DNA of 64,000 bases from Hyaloraphidium curvatum SAG 235-1 (GCA_025558095.1 JAIVFI010000028.1:124001-188000), one strand, 5' to 3'. Positions 44,344 to 56,911 are shown, numbered from the stretch's first letter. Notes: generated by a model from the letters alone, not told the origin. Numbers and translations are program-made.

Positions 44344-45403
44344 CGCGTCCGGGACTAAGGTCGGGGTGGCGTTGAGTGGGGTCGTCTGGGCTGCGATCAT
44401 GCGCGGAACAAACACTACAGCAGGCCTGCTCTGATGCCCGAGGGAACAGAGCTGCGTGAGAGCGCATGCAGACGACAGTCTGTGACGTAGATTCTTGATT
44501 TCCCGGCAAGGTCGTCCACGTGAGGCCGCCCAGGAACGGTTTCGATGCCGACAAGGGCATTGCGGGAGGTGAAAAGGACCAACTTGCTCCTTAGCTCCGA
44601 GGCCCCGGCGTCGGTAGTATGGGTGTCAATGCCTCGAACCTAATAGAGACGCAAGGTAGGGGGCGCCATTCGCCGATCGACCAGGGCCGCTAGACTACGT
44701 ACGTATTCGTACGTATGGGTCGGTCGCGGCGGGAAAACCGAAGACCACACCATCGACTGCCTTGCGGCGTTCGTACACATAGCGAACTAGAGGTGTACTC
44801 CCCCCCTCCTAGGCTGTCGTCACGAATCCGACGCCTCCTCGCGGGGTCAGCGGCTGCAACGTTTCTCAGCGTGCCACCCGCATTCGACCCGCCGCCTCCC
44901 CACACCATCACCCGCCCAGTCCTCCCTACAGTTCCTCCAGAGCCGATTCTCCATCGGGGTGTCGGCCGCAGGGAAGCCGGAGCGGGTTCCGTTGCAGAGA
45001 TTTGACGGGACGCTATCGTGGAGCGTCAAGGCTGCAGAGGTAGCTTTGGTCAGCAACGATGTCGGGGCGAAGGCCGCCAGCATGACTGACCTCCGCAGCA
45101 CCCATCATTTTCGATCTCTGTCACAGCAACGTCTTGCGTGCATAGATTAAGACCCATCAGCTCTTTCCATCAGCTGTCACCGATGCAGGTGTGAACAGGT
45201 ATCTCCTTTCGAATTCAAGCCAGGGAAAAGACGAAAGTCCAGTAACCGCGATAGGACCACGGGATACTGTCGTGTCCGGAGCTTCCCTAGCTCGGTCTGG
45301 CACCCAACCGCGCCCGATGCCAACGAGGTAATATGGCAATCTCCTCCTGCATTCACTTTAGACGGTCCTAAACAAAGACACGCTCTCGACAGCTATACGC
45401 GAA

Positions 45404-46258
45404 CTAGAACGCCTCCGCCAGGACCGCTGCGACGTGGCCCACGAAGCCCTCGAAGAACGCCTTGCTGTCGTGGATCTGGTGCAGCGCGCCGGGCGTCTCG
45501 TGCACCGAGATGTTGGGAGCATGCTTGGCGAACCTCTCGGCATGCCCGGGGAAGAACGCGGCGCCCATGTCGGCCCTGATCAGGCGACCTGGCACCTGCG
45601 TCGGGGCGTCCTCGTCGTGGTCGAGGGCCGTGCCCTCCAGCACAGCGTCCCACATCGTCAGGTCCATCAGCAGGCGAGCTTTGGCCGCAGCGTTGAGCGC
45701 ATACGGGGTGAAGACATCGCCCGCGGTCACGGTCGACCCCGGCGCGATTGGCCTCTTGGCAGCCTCGGCCGCGTACCCTTCGGGCGACTTACCGGCGGCC
45801 TGCGCGGCGCCGATGTCGCCCTTGAGGAACACGAAGGCGGCGCTGTAAGGGGTGGCGTCAAAGACCTCCTTGCTGAGCATGTACAGCGGCGGGTCCTCCA
45901 GCACGACCGCCTTGACGAGCTCGGGCCTGGCCACGGCCACGAGGAAGGCCTCCACGCCGCCCAGCGAGTGCCCGACAATGACGGCAGGCTTCTTGATCAC
46001 GGTGTCGAGGAGCGCGATGGGGTCCGACGCGTACGTTTTTGTCGTGTACATTCCAGGGGCGCGGTCGGACGCTCCGTGGCCGCGAGCGTCCACCGCGTAG
46101 CAGCGGTACTTGTCCGAGAAGCGGTCGATGACCGGTCCCCAGGTGTAGCGCGATCCGGAAATGCCGTGGAGAAAGACGACCGGCGGGCCGTCCTCCGGGC
46201 CAAAAACCGAGTAGGAGATCTTCAGGTCGCCATTCTTGAACGACTGCGGGTTCTCCAT
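45404..46258 (-). CDS. Alpha/beta-fold hydrolase
   Basis: VVFLHG, DARGHGAS, GHSLGG nucleophile motif, VLEDPP, terminal catalytic His (GALHQIH). Intronless. Confidence 0.85.
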   Translation of the reverse strand: MENPQSFKNGDLKISYSVFGPEDGPPVVFLHGISGSRYTWGPVIDRFSDKYRCYAVDARGHGASDRAPGMYTTKTYASDPIALLDTVIKKPAVIVGHSLGGVEAFLVAVARPELVKAVVLEDPPLYMLSKEVFDATPYSAAFVFLKGDIGAAQAAGKSPEGYAAEAAKRPIAPGSTVTAGDVFTPYALNAAAKARLLMDLTMWDAVLEGTALDHDEDAPTQVPGRLIRADMGAAFFPGHAERFAKHAPNISVHETPGALHQIHDSKAFFEGFVGHVAAVLAEAF

Positions 46259-46387
46259 GGCCGGCGCAGCGCAATTCGCTCGGAGGTGAAGGAGATGGGA
46301 GACAGTTGCCGGCGCCGTGCCGGTCTTACACGCAGATGTCGATGCTGACGACTGCAACGCCAATGCCTTACCAGCCCTAGCCGCGCC

Positions 46388-47563
46388 ATGTTCGCGGCTC
46401 CTGGCCCTGCAGATGGCGCTTCGAACCCGTCGGATGCCGCCCGAGCGGCGTCCGAAGACGGCGCTCCCGCGCTGCCGACCGAGATGCTCCTCGCGGTCGC
46501 GCAAGCTCTGGAAGCCGGAGGACACAAGCGCACGCTGCTCAACCTGATTTCCTCCTGCCGCGACTTGTTCTTTGCCGGCACCGGCCTGCTCGTGCGGCGC
46601 ATCGCGGTCCCCGCGCCCCGGCGCGGGAACGGCGCGCACGCCCCGCAGGACGCGTTCCGCGGCCTGTTTTCGGACGCCCTGGACACCGGGAAGATCGGCA
46701 GGATCGAGCAACTCTCGCTGGTGGTCCGGAATCGCGACCCGCTGCACGCGGATCTGCTTCTGTCCGCCGGTCCGACGCTGAGGGAGCTCGAGATCGTGGC
46801 GTCGAGCAAGTCCGGCCTTTCGTCGCTGTGGACGGTCCTCGATGCCGCACGGAACCTCCGATGCGCAAGGATTGCTGCGGAAGAGAACCCGGACGTGACC
46901 ACGTGGTGGGACGACCCCCGTGCGGCCGACTTCTCGCCGCTGCTGCGGCACCTGGACGCTCTGGATTCCCTAGAAGCCGTCCATCTCGCGTACCGGGAGG
47001 CGCCGAGGATTAACCCTGTGGAAGGTGCGCACGGCTGGCCTTCCGCCTTGTCCGAAGTGCCGCGGGCCGCCTCGCGGCTGCGGACCGTCATTGTCAGGGA
47101 CTACGCCACCCTGGAACCGATCCCGCAGGCCAGGACCGGCCTCCCACGGCCTCTCCTGACAGTCATGGTGCAGGAGAACAGCCTAGGGGACTGGATGGGC
47201 CACACCTTCGAGGGCATCGATATCGCCGGATGCCACTATCCGGACTTTCTCCTCGACGCGGACGGCCTGGAACCGATCCGCCGCGCGTTTCCCGGCGCAA
47301 AGACGTGGCTGCTGAGCATGATCAGCACCTCCGCCTTGGCCGGCTTCGATTTCCGGGGCATCGGGAGGATGGTGCTCACGGAGTGCCACCTCGGCCTATC
47401 TCCGGACTCGTTTCCCCGTGTCAGGACCGCGGTCGAGGCGTCGGGGACCCGGGTGCTCATCCGGCCCTACGCCCATGCCATGCAGTGGTCGGCGGCCCAG
47501 CGGGCGGAGGCGGAGTTTTGGCGGGCGATCGCGGGGGTGGAGGTCAGGAGGGTTGGCCACTGA
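46388..47563 (+). CDS. F-box-like hypothetical protein
   Basis: LPTEMLLAVAQAL..TLLNL..SCRDL F-box-like start, followed by LRR-like segments. Confidence 0.6.
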   Translation: MFAAPGPADGASNPSDAARAASEDGAPALPTEMLLAVAQALEAGGHKRTLLNLISSCRDLFFAGTGLLVRRIAVPAPRRGNGAHAPQDAFRGLFSDALDTGKIGRIEQLSLVVRNRDPLHADLLLSAGPTLRELEIVASSKSGLSSLWTVLDAARNLRCARIAAEENPDVTTWWDDPRAADFSPLLRHLDALDSLEAVHLAYREAPRINPVEGAHGWPSALSEVPRAASRLRTVIVRDYATLEPIPQARTGLPRPLLTVMVQENSLGDWMGHTFEGIDIAGCHYPDFLLDADGLEPIRRAFPGAKTWLLSMISTSALAGFDFRGIGRMVLTECHLGLSPDSFPRVRTAVEASGTRVLIRPYAHAMQWSAAQRAEAEFWRAIAGVEVRRVGH

Positions 47564-47844
47564 GCAGGGAGGCGGCAGAGCCGGGCGGGATGAGAGAACA
47601 GGGTATCACTTTGGCTGGTTCCATTGCTCCAAGAACCTGGCGGCTGGGGGAGTTGCGCGAGGAGGAGGGGCTTCAGGCGGCGAAGTCCAACGGCAAGGAG
47701 TGATTGAGTGCTCGTTCGCATGATCATCTGATCCGAATCGAGGGATAGTCGCTCCCGCGTTCCGGAGATCATCCGCCGGCCTTGCGCTCGATCGTCGGTC
47801 AGGTGCGTCTCGTCTCCGGCCGGCGGTGCCGGACAAACAAAGCG

Positions 47845-49098
47845 ATGGGCGAGCACGGCCGCCGCGGCGGGCGCCGCGCCCCCCCGAAACCCAGCGCCGC
47901 CGAGTTTTCGTTCGACGACGACGGCGCGGACGGCGCGCCGGGCCTCCCCGCCCCGGGGGCACGCGGGCTCGCGGGCCGCGCGTTCGACGCGGCCCGCGCG
48001 GTGTGGGACTCGCCGCTGTACTTCACGCTGCTCCTCCTCGCCATCATCCTGCTCCGGATTGCGTGGCGCATCGTCCGCCCGCCGCCCGGGCCCGATGTCG
48101 CGCGCGAGCAGATGGCCGCGCGCTACGCCCGCCTGCGCGTCGTCGCCGACCGCGGCTCGCAGGCCGCCGGCGCGCCGCGCAACTCGCGCATGGCCATCCG
48201 CGAGGCCGTGCGCGAGCTGAGCGCGGGGATCTTGCTCGACGTGGCGCTGGCCGGCGGCGAGGCGTACGTGCTGGACCGCGCCGCCCTCCCGCGGCTGGCA
48301 AGGGCCGCCGGGCTGCCCGGCCCGCTGCAGAAGAAGCCCGCGGACAAGTGGACGCCCGCCGACCTCGCGCGGCTGGATCTGGGGCAGGACGAGCGCCCGC
48401 CCACGCTCGCCGAGGCGCTGGACGTGCTCCGCGGCGCCGCCCAGGAGACGACCCTCGTGCTCCCCGCCGGCCCCGCCGAACCCCTGCTGGACCGCATCGC
48501 CTCCATCTTAAGCACCCCGCGGCACGCCTCCCTCGCCCGGCAGATCCGCCTGGGCATCCGCGACCCCGCACAGCTGGCCGCCGCGCGGACCGCGCTCCCC
48601 GCGACCCCGCTCGCGCTGCACGCCGACGCCCCGCCATCGGACTTCAAGCCCTACGCGGGGATCACTGCCCTGCACATCCCCGCCTCGTGCCTCGCATTTG
48701 CCCTCCCCGCCATCCCCTCGGGCATCGCCCTGTCCGTCGGCCCGATCAACACCGCCCCGCTCATGGACCTCGCCGTGCGGCTCAACGTCCCCACCATCTC
48801 CACTGGCATGCCCGGCGACGTCGCCCGGGCGGCGGGGATGCTCGCTCAGGCGTTTGGAGGGGCGCAGGTGCAGCAGGGGCAGCAGGAGGTGGCCAACGGG
48901 CTGGCGGCGCAGGGGGAGGGCGCGGCGCCGGCGGCCGAGGACGGGCCGGTGGATGGGATGACGGGCGGGGCAGGGGAGGGTGGGGAAGGGATGGATGCGG
49001 GGCTGGAGATGGGTGGGGGGGTGTGGGCGCAGGCGGCGACAGAGGCGGACCCGACGCCGGCGGGGCCGCCAAAGAGGAAGAAGAAAAAGGGCGGGTAG
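47845..49098 (+). CDS. Glycerophosphodiester phosphodiesterase-like membrane protein (degenerate active site)
   Basis: TM helix, then VVADRG..APRNS.MA, LLDV, LDLGQDERPPTLAEALD (GDPD fold pattern). Confidence 0.6.
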   Translation: MGEHGRRGGRRAPPKPSAAEFSFDDDGADGAPGLPAPGARGLAGRAFDAARAVWDSPLYFTLLLLAIILLRIAWRIVRPPPGPDVAREQMAARYARLRVVADRGSQAAGAPRNSRMAIREAVRELSAGILLDVALAGGEAYVLDRAALPRLARAAGLPGPLQKKPADKWTPADLARLDLGQDERPPTLAEALDVLRGAAQETTLVLPAGPAEPLLDRIASILSTPRHASLARQIRLGIRDPAQLAAARTALPATPLALHADAPPSDFKPYAGITALHIPASCLAFALPAIPSGIALSVGPINTAPLMDLAVRLNVPTISTGMPGDVARAAGMLAQAFGGAQVQQGQQEVANGLAAQGEGAAPAAEDGPVDGMTGGAGEGGEGMDAGLEMGGGVWAQAATEADPTPAGPPKRKKKKGG

Positions 49099-49619
49099 GC
49101 GGCAGCGCGGGTCGGCAAAGAGTCGGCGTCATGTATTCGGGAAAGAGAACGACACTTGATCCTGCTCGACGCGTTTCGAAGTGGATGGACGGTTTTCGGC
49201 ATGGGGAAAGAAAAGCGGTCGCGTCGCGCCCCGCCCGGCGGACGCCCTTCCACGCTCTCTCGCGACTCCTGGACCCGCCATTCGTCGCCTCTCCCGCTCT
49301 CGCGGCCGCCCTTTCGGGCTTCGTTCGCTTCGTTTTTCGCATTCAAAGAAGACCCAGGAGGGTGGTTCCAAAAAGAGCCATACGAGCCTTGGTGTGGCCC
49401 GCACACGGAGATCACTAGTAAAAGGCGAGGGATCTGTACGTTCTGCGCGGGCCACAGCTCTTGCCCCTCTATCGGGCGGGGTGGTGTGTATATGAGGGCG
49501 CGCGGGGGCAGGGGCAAGCGGGGCGGGGGGGAATTTTGGGCGGATGCGCAACGCCGCCGATCGGGGCGGAGCCGGAGCTGAGGCCGCAGCGGGCTGCTGC
49601 ACCCCGAGGGAAGGCAGGG

Positions 49620-51768
49620 ATGGACCGCGACGGCGCGCCGTCGGAGGCGAGCAGCGGCAGCGCGGGGTCGGAGCAGCCGCTGCTCGACACCGGCGCGGGC
49701 AAGGGGAAGGACGCCCCGGGCGGGACGGAGGCCGACGCCGAGCGCGGGCCGCCGGGGGACCCCGCGGCGCTGGAACTCGAGGAAGACGACGCCACCCCGG
49801 ACGCAATGGCGAAGGATGCGGAACCGCGGGGGTTCCTCGCGCGGGCGTGGGTCGGGACGCGGGACTTCTTCTACCCCCCCGCAAAGGCGGACCCTCCCGC
49901 CCTGTGGAGGCCGCTGCTGGCCCCGTACGCGGCCAAGCTGCTGGCGTACTACGGCCGCTGGCCCGCGTGGAAGCGGTACCTCCTCCTCTCCCTGTTCTAC
50001 GCCGCCTGGGCGGGCACCTTTGTCACAATCACCTACTTCTCGACGTACCACTCGCAGGTGGTGCCCAACGAAGGGGACGACTGGATCGAGCCGCAGTGGA
50101 TCGGATGCTATTCTGCGCTGATGTACCGCAACTCCGGGTGCGGGGTCGGGGGGCAGTACTGCCAGCCCTTCTCCAACGTCAGCTACGCGTTCCGGTGCGG
50201 GCCGAAATGCCTGCTGGCAAAGACGCAGGAGGACTACTGGATCGGCAACGACACCGTGTACAAGGAACCGGTGGTGGTGGGGTCGGGGCCGTACAGGGGG
50301 GATTCGTGGCTCTGCATGGCGGGGATGCACGCGGGCCTGGTGACGGACCGGAGCGGGGGTTGCATGGTGGTGGAGCTCGTCGGGGAGGCGGACAGCTACG
50401 TCGGGTCGAGCCGGTACGGCGTGGACAGCGAGAGCTTCCCGTCGCAGTTCCCAAAGTCGTTCGTGGTGCGCGCGTGCAGGGAGGCGCCGAGCTGCGCGGA
50501 CCTGGCGTGGGCGAGCCTGGTGGGTCCTCGATCCGCAAACGCCGTCCCGGGACGGTTGCTGACGGCGCGATCGGCAGCTGGCCTCGGGCATCTTCGCCTT
50601 CTTCGCCGCGACGCTGACACCCTCGGGCTCGGGCACCTTCTTCTTCTCCCTCGTCCTCTCGGGCTTCTTCTGGGTCGTCTTTGGCGACTACTCCTCCCCC
50701 CGCGCCGACAGCGACTTCCTCTCCAAGGCGTTCGCGCAGCTGCTCCCCACCGTCGGCGTGTCGTACCTCGTCTACCATTTCGTCGCCCGCACCGTCCTGC
50801 CGCAACAGGTCGCCTCGGCCGGCCTGGACGTCTTCATCTTCTACTGCCTCCCCTGGATCCTCGGCCTGGATCTGGTCGAGGTCACGACGTACATGCCCGA
50901 CCTGACGCTCAACGCCAAGGCGCTCAAGGACCCGGCGCAGGTGGCGATGCTGGTCGCGTGCGTGGTGGTCATCGGCGCGTTCGCCGGGTACTTTTTGTAC
51001 TGGCAGAGGAAGCTGCGCCGCTTGCCGCTGCTGGTGCTGTTCTACGGGGCGTTTTTCCTGTTCTTCTTCACGGTGCCGCTCATCTTTGGGCTGTACCCGC
51101 ACCTCCATCATTAGTGCGTGGTTCCGACCGGCCAGCCGGCTCACGGACTAACGCTCGCGTCCCCGAAAGCATGGTCGCGCTCCTGCTGATGCCTCTGACG
51201 ACCGACATCCAGACGCGGCCGTCGTTCATGTTCCAGGGATTCTGCCTCGGCTGGTTCCTCGAGGGCGTGGGCCGCTGGGGGTTTGGTTGGTCCTTCTTCC
51301 ACCCCGCGTCCTGCAATTGCTGATCCCCGTAATGCAGACACCCCCGCCGAGACGCGCAGGAGCTACGTCGGCGCGGGCCTGTGGAACTCGGCCCGCCCAT
51401 CGTTCGCCAACATGTCCACGAACCTGTGGGCGCTCGACGCCACCCTGACGTGGACCTTCCCCGCCGACGACGGCAACGTCTACACGGACCTGACCACCTA
51501 CGAGGCGCAGCAGGGCTCCGGGATCACCTCCTACTCGGTGCTGATGAACGACTTTCCGATATACCAGGGGCGCTACGCAAACACGTCGGCCAACACGAGC
51601 TACTTTGACCTGGCGGCGAACGGCGGCACCGTGCCGTTCTTCTTCCGCGTGGCGGGGGTGCAGGGCGACGGGACGGTGCTGGACTACAGCGACGTGCTGA
51701 CGGCGTACGGGAACGGGACGGTGGTGTTCCCGAACGGGACGTGGTGGTCACCGACCGGGGGCGGATAG
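49620..51768 (+). CDS. LCCL-domain multi-pass membrane protein; 3 introns
   Basis: GCGVGGQYCQPF..FRCGPKC, VVVGSGPYRGDSWLCMAGMHAG..GGC, YVGSSRYGVDSESFPSQFP, PHLHH/Y, FQGFCLG..GVGRWGF, YSVLMND, FFRVA..DY. Confidence 0.85.
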
Positions 51769-51811
51769 CTGCGGTGCTTCATCTCTATGTCTGCGTGAGA
51801 CAACACGGTGG

Positions 51812-52989
51812 TCACGGCTTCAGGACGACCTTGATGTTTTCCCTGCCCTCGACGACCATGTCGAACCCGCGCTTGTATTCGGCCAGCGGCAGCACGTGCG
51901 TGACGATCCTGTCCATCGGGAGCTGACCCCGCTCGATCATCCGGATGGCCGTCGGCCACGCGTTGGGACCCAGGTGCGCGCCGCGGATGTCGAGCTCCTT
52001 CGTGTCCCCTATGACGGTCCAGTCCACCGTCGTGGGCTTCGAGAATACCGAGTACTCGACGAAGCGGCCGCCCTTGCAAAGGAGCTGCAGCCCCTGCTGC
52101 ACCGCCGCCGGGGACGCCGACGCCTCGATGAAGACGTCCGCGCCGTAGCCGTCAGTCATGGCCAGGATCGCGGCCTCGACGTCGTCCTTGCCCGGGGCAA
52201 GCACCACGTCCGCACCGCAAGCCTTGGCGACCTCCAGCTTCCACGGCACCGGATCCAAGGCCACGAGCACCTTCGGGCTCTTCAGCCTCGCGGCGGCAAT
52301 CATCCCCAGCCCCAGCGGCCCGCACCCGGCGACTACCACCACGTCGTCCAGCTTCACGTCCGCCCTCTCGACCGCCCACACTGAGCACGAGAGCGGCTCC
52401 ACGAACGCCGCATGGACCGGGTCCACGCTCGCGGAGACCTTGTGCACCCTCGACCCCGGGGGCCACTTCATGTACCCCGCCATGGCACCCGGCACGGGCG
52501 TCCGGAAGCCGAAGATGTCGTGCACTTTGCACAGGTTGTACCGCCCGCGGTCGCAGTATCTGCAGTCCCGGCATGGTACGATCTGCTCCGCCACGCAGAG
52601 GTCCCCGACCTTCAGGTCCGGCCGGGAGGGGTGCGACGCCGCGACGCCGCCCGAGGAGGTGCCGAACCCGACGATGCGCGCAGAGAATTCGTGGCCCGGG
52701 GTGATGGGCGGCTGGCAGTAGCCGCCGGAGCCGTCGGTGCCCCAGAACATCGGCGCGCCGGTGAAGCATTTCGCGTCCGAGGCGCAGATCCCTGGTGCCG
52801 ATCGGTGGCGCGGTCAGCTCGGCGTCTGGCACGTTCGGCGGACGCGATCTGCTCACCGACGGCTTCGACCTTGACCAGAATATCCCCGTCGGACAGGGTG
52901 GGCAGCGGTTGCGTCTCGAGGCGGTAATCCCGCGGGCCGTGGCAGACCACGGCCTGCATCATAGTCGGGAGCTGGGCCGTGTCCGTCAT
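51812..52989 (-). CDS. eltD: Zn-dependent polyol dehydrogenase, erythritol/L-threitol dehydrogenase-like; intron 52792-52856
   Basis: MQAVVCHGPRDYRLE, G/ICASD, PGHEF, EQIVPC..C..C..G.Y..C, GCGPLG, DWTVIGDTKELDIRGAHLGP. Matches recalled mycobacterial EltD. Confidence 0.8.
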
Positions 52990-53354
52990 GGCGCGTTCCG
53001 AAGGAAAGACGCGTCGCTTGGTCGGGAAGGCGATGTCTGTTTGGTTGCCGGAGCGCCGCCGCCGCCGAGAGACCAGCGACCGGGTCTGCCGACGCGACGA
53101 CGGTACGTGGGAGTTTGCGGACCTCCTATCGGGCGCGTTGCCCGGGGCCTGCGCCTGCTTAATGGCGCGGCCTCGTTCGCCTTAGGGTGCGCTGTTCCAG
53201 CGTACGCGGACGAGCAGCGACTGCACGATGTCTACAACGTGTTTTTTTGCGACTTGGCGGGTGCCGCTGGCACCCCGTAACAACCCTCTCGACTCATCCC
53301 TATGCGATGCAGAAGACTCTATCGATTGCCCAAAGCTGGAATCATTTCTACGTC

Positions 53355-56300
53355 TCAAGCCTCCATCTGCGCGCGCTCGGGGTCCTGCACGCTCCCCCAA
53401 TCCGAAACCTCGCTCCGGACGCTGATGGCATCCCACGACTTCTCCCTCCGCTCCTTGGCCGCGCACTCAAACAGATCCCGCCCAAACTCCTTCCTGACTG
53501 CCGTCCGGCCCCGGGCCCAGAGCTCTTCGGCCTCCTCGCGCACGGCATCGGCGGTCTGGAGGCACCGCGTCTGCGTCCTCAGGTCCTCGCCGAGCAGTTC
53601 GGCCTGCCAGAGGCGCACGATCCACGGTGAGTCCCCAGCCATAGCTGTGCGCCGGTCATGGAGCTCAGCTTCCGTCTCGGCGTGGTCAAAGTCGAAGGGG
53701 CGCCCGCCAATCGCCCCGAGCTTCGTTGGGGAGGAGGCGGATTCCCCCAGGGGGTCCGCGGGGCGAACGCCCTGCGCGGACGCGGCCACGTTGGCGCGGT
53801 AGGTGTCCTTGACCTTGTCCAAGAGGGTGCCTTCGACGAGTCCCTGGGCCATGTATAACCAGTTGATGCTTACCAGAGGCGTCCTGGTCGTCGGCGGTCA
53901 GCGTCCGCACCAGAGCCGCCCGCGACCTGCGATCGCCCACCAAAACTCCTCGTTGACGCACTTCTGCGCCTGGCTCCCCATCGCGTCCCTCAGCCGCTCA
54001 TCCACGATCAGCCTCTCCATCCGAGCCGCTGCCATGTCCACGTCGCGGAACGGCACGATGAACCCGTTGCGCCCGTTGGTGACCTGGTGCGGGATGCCAC
54101 CGACCGCCGTGACGAGCACGGGCTTGCCGTGGTGCAGGGCCTCGGTGACCTTGACCTCGAACCCTTCGCGCTGCGATAGCTGGCACGCAAAGAGGGATCC
54201 GGCGACGGCGGCGTTGAGCAGCTGGTCGGATGGAGGGAGCCTGCGTCGTCCGTTGTCAGCTTGCTTTGTAGCATTGCACGCCTGCTTGGACTTACCGCGC
54301 GGTGACAATGTCCCTGGAGATCTTCTTGAAGGGCTCGCTCTTCATCTTCTCGATCACCTGGTGGAAGATGAGCATCCCGTCCGGATCATCCACGCTCCCT
54401 GCGACGACGTAGATGAATGGTAGTTCGAGCGCCGTTGGTCAAGCGACGAACCGTGCCCGCAAATGAGCAGCTGCGGCGTCTTCGCGAGAGGCCAATTGCG
54501 GGCGTACAGGCGCTCGCGAAGCACCCTGTAGCTCTCGAGCAGCTCCGGGATGCCCTTGCTCGGGTCGAACCTGGCGACCTGCACGATGTAGTTGCGGTCT
54601 CGGTCGAGGCGCCGGTGGCACTGGAAAGAGGTCAGCCGCGGTTCCACCATCCGTTCGCAAGGATATCGCACCTGGTCGTACGCGATGCGGTTGAGCATGT
54701 GGATGTAGAAGTCGATCTCGACGGCCGGAAGCGGCTTGTTGAGCCCGTCGAGCGGGTCCGTCGTTGGGCACATGACGACGCAGCGCTCCCGCGGGACTTC
54801 GGGGGGGATGAACCGGGCGACGGGGTGGAACACGAAGAGGTCCGCGTGGCGGGCAAAGGACCACAGGTACGACCAGGTCTCGGAAATGGGTGCGGTCGGG
54901 TCCAAGAGCAGGTCCGTGCGGATCTCGATGTGGCAGCGGAAGATGATCTTGGCCGACGGGACGAGCTTTTTGATGTGCGGGAGCATGCAGAGCACTGTCG
55001 AGGGCTCAGTCAGCTTCGAAATGAAAATGGCGTCAACGAGTGGAAGCGTGCCTTGCGGATCGTCGAGAACGACGACGTCGGTCTCCATGAGCTCGGTGCG
55101 GAAGTACTTCTCAAAGTTGGTGCGACCCCAGCGCTCGTAAAGTTCCTTGTCTTGCTGCGTCAGCCGCTCGTGGCTCACCCCCTGGAGCGTGTTGTGGAAG
55201 CGACGCTTCGTGATGTCGTAGACCTTGGGATCCGGTTTCATCTGGAGACAGGATTGCTCAGAGGCAGCCGATCCGGGGCGCAGAGTTGCACTAACCACAA
55301 ACCACTTGGCGTCGACACCGAGCTTCTTCAGGATCCGCATCAGCGCGTGCCGCATGAGGGCCACGCCGCCGCCCTGCGCCGTTGAGTTGAACCAGGCGAT
55401 CCTGATCTTGGCCGCACGGACCTCGTTGGCCATTCGAATGAGCGACGACCAAGTCTCGGCGGAGGATAGGTGCTCGTAGTCCTGCAGGTCCACGAGGTGG
55501 ATTCTGAAAGCGGCGAATAAGATCTTGTTCAGGTTCGTAGTCGCTCCCGCTCACCTGGAGTTCAAGTCGACTTGTACAGAGTGCGTCGGCGTGAGCTGGA
55601 TGCGCGGGATGGGTCCGATGGCCGATGCGGTGACGCTGCGAACGAGGTGATCAGCTGCAGATCTAAAGCAGAGTCTAGCTAGAGCCCACAATGTCAGCAT
55701 CTTGCGGCAGGCGCTAGCGGCCCGCTCCTCCACGGTCTCTCCCTGCGTCTGAACAACGATCGGGAGCACGTCGAGTTCCCTCCACAGCAAGCTCGGTAGC
55801 CGCATGGGGTAGTTGCGACCGCCCCGCATGTCGACGACCTGCAGATCGCTCATCCTGCCAGGCTTCGACAGCGCGAGATGGTTGGAGTGCGATGAGAGAG
55901 GATGAGCTCGGAGCGAGAAACCGCAGGCAAAGAGCTTGTGGCCGGAGGCGAGCGAGTAGTGGTGCAGCCACGACAGGATGTGCGAAGTGGTTTGTGCGAG
56001 AAGAGACGAGAACGACGGGGCCGGATGAAGCGAGCCGTCAGAGTTGTCGTACCCGACGCCGGTGAGGGGAACTCGCTCGACAAAGTAATCGATCGCAAAG
56101 AAGCCGTCGTGGACGTAGACGCAGAAGTGCGGGTACGGGTCGAACTCCACCTGCAAGGTCGTAAGGTGAGGAGCTTTCATCATCGGTGAGAGGGAGGTCA
56201 CGGTTACCTCGAGTCCAAGATAGACGCCGGAATGGAGCTCCCGCTTCGGTTTCTCGGCTTTCGGCTTCGTAATCCGCCTTCGCTCGTCCTCGGATTCCTC

Positions 56301-56911
56301 GGCCAGATCGCCGTTCGTTTCGGCATCCTTGCGCTGAATCACGACCGACGGATGAGCGAGTTCCCACATCCTCTGCTCACTCCGGATCAGATCATACAAC
56401 GTCATGGACTCGCGATGGTGCTCCGCACCTGGCCAGCTTCGATCGCATGCACAAAGGCCTTGAGAGTCGGATGGGCGGTCGACGCAGGCAGGTACGGCGG
56501 AGAGGCAGGGCCCGTCTCCCCCTTGACGTCGGATCCATCCTGTGAAGTTGTCTTGATGCCAGAAGGTCGCTGACTCGCGGTATGGTGAACTGCCGGCGGT
56601 GCAGTTCCGGGGCGCACCGGTTCCACGGGCCCCGACACGTCGACCACGAACACCTCCGGCACGGCCTGCAGCGAGCTCGCGGGGTCTTCCGCGACATCGA
56701 AGCTGGCTTGTGACTCCGTCCGACCTTGCGCAGGGGCGTCCTCTGGCGCGCCGACGTCTCCCGCGGTCGGCGTCGGAGGGAGCGCGACGCGGACCTGCGC
56801 CTCTTGGGGCGAGGCCGGCGGCGGCGACAGCGCTCTCTCTGGGTCTTTGGGACCGAGAGTGTCTATGGCATCGAGGCCGGCGCGCCGTCTGGAGCCATGT
56901 CGTTCCGCCAT
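53355..56911 (-). CDS. Trehalose phosphorylase/synthase (GT4, ccg-9-like); many introns
   Basis: LWRELDVLP, FNSTAQGGGVALMRHAL, DITKRRFHNTLQG, IFRCHIEIR, TDPLDGLNK, QVARFDPSKGIP, QLS.REGFEVKVTEAL..GKPV..GGIP.Q. Exon boundaries approximate. Confidence 0.85.

Noticed and set aside
50511-50577. Possible GC-AG intron in the LCCL gene
   Set aside because: An in-frame canonical GT donor at 50520 explains the junction.
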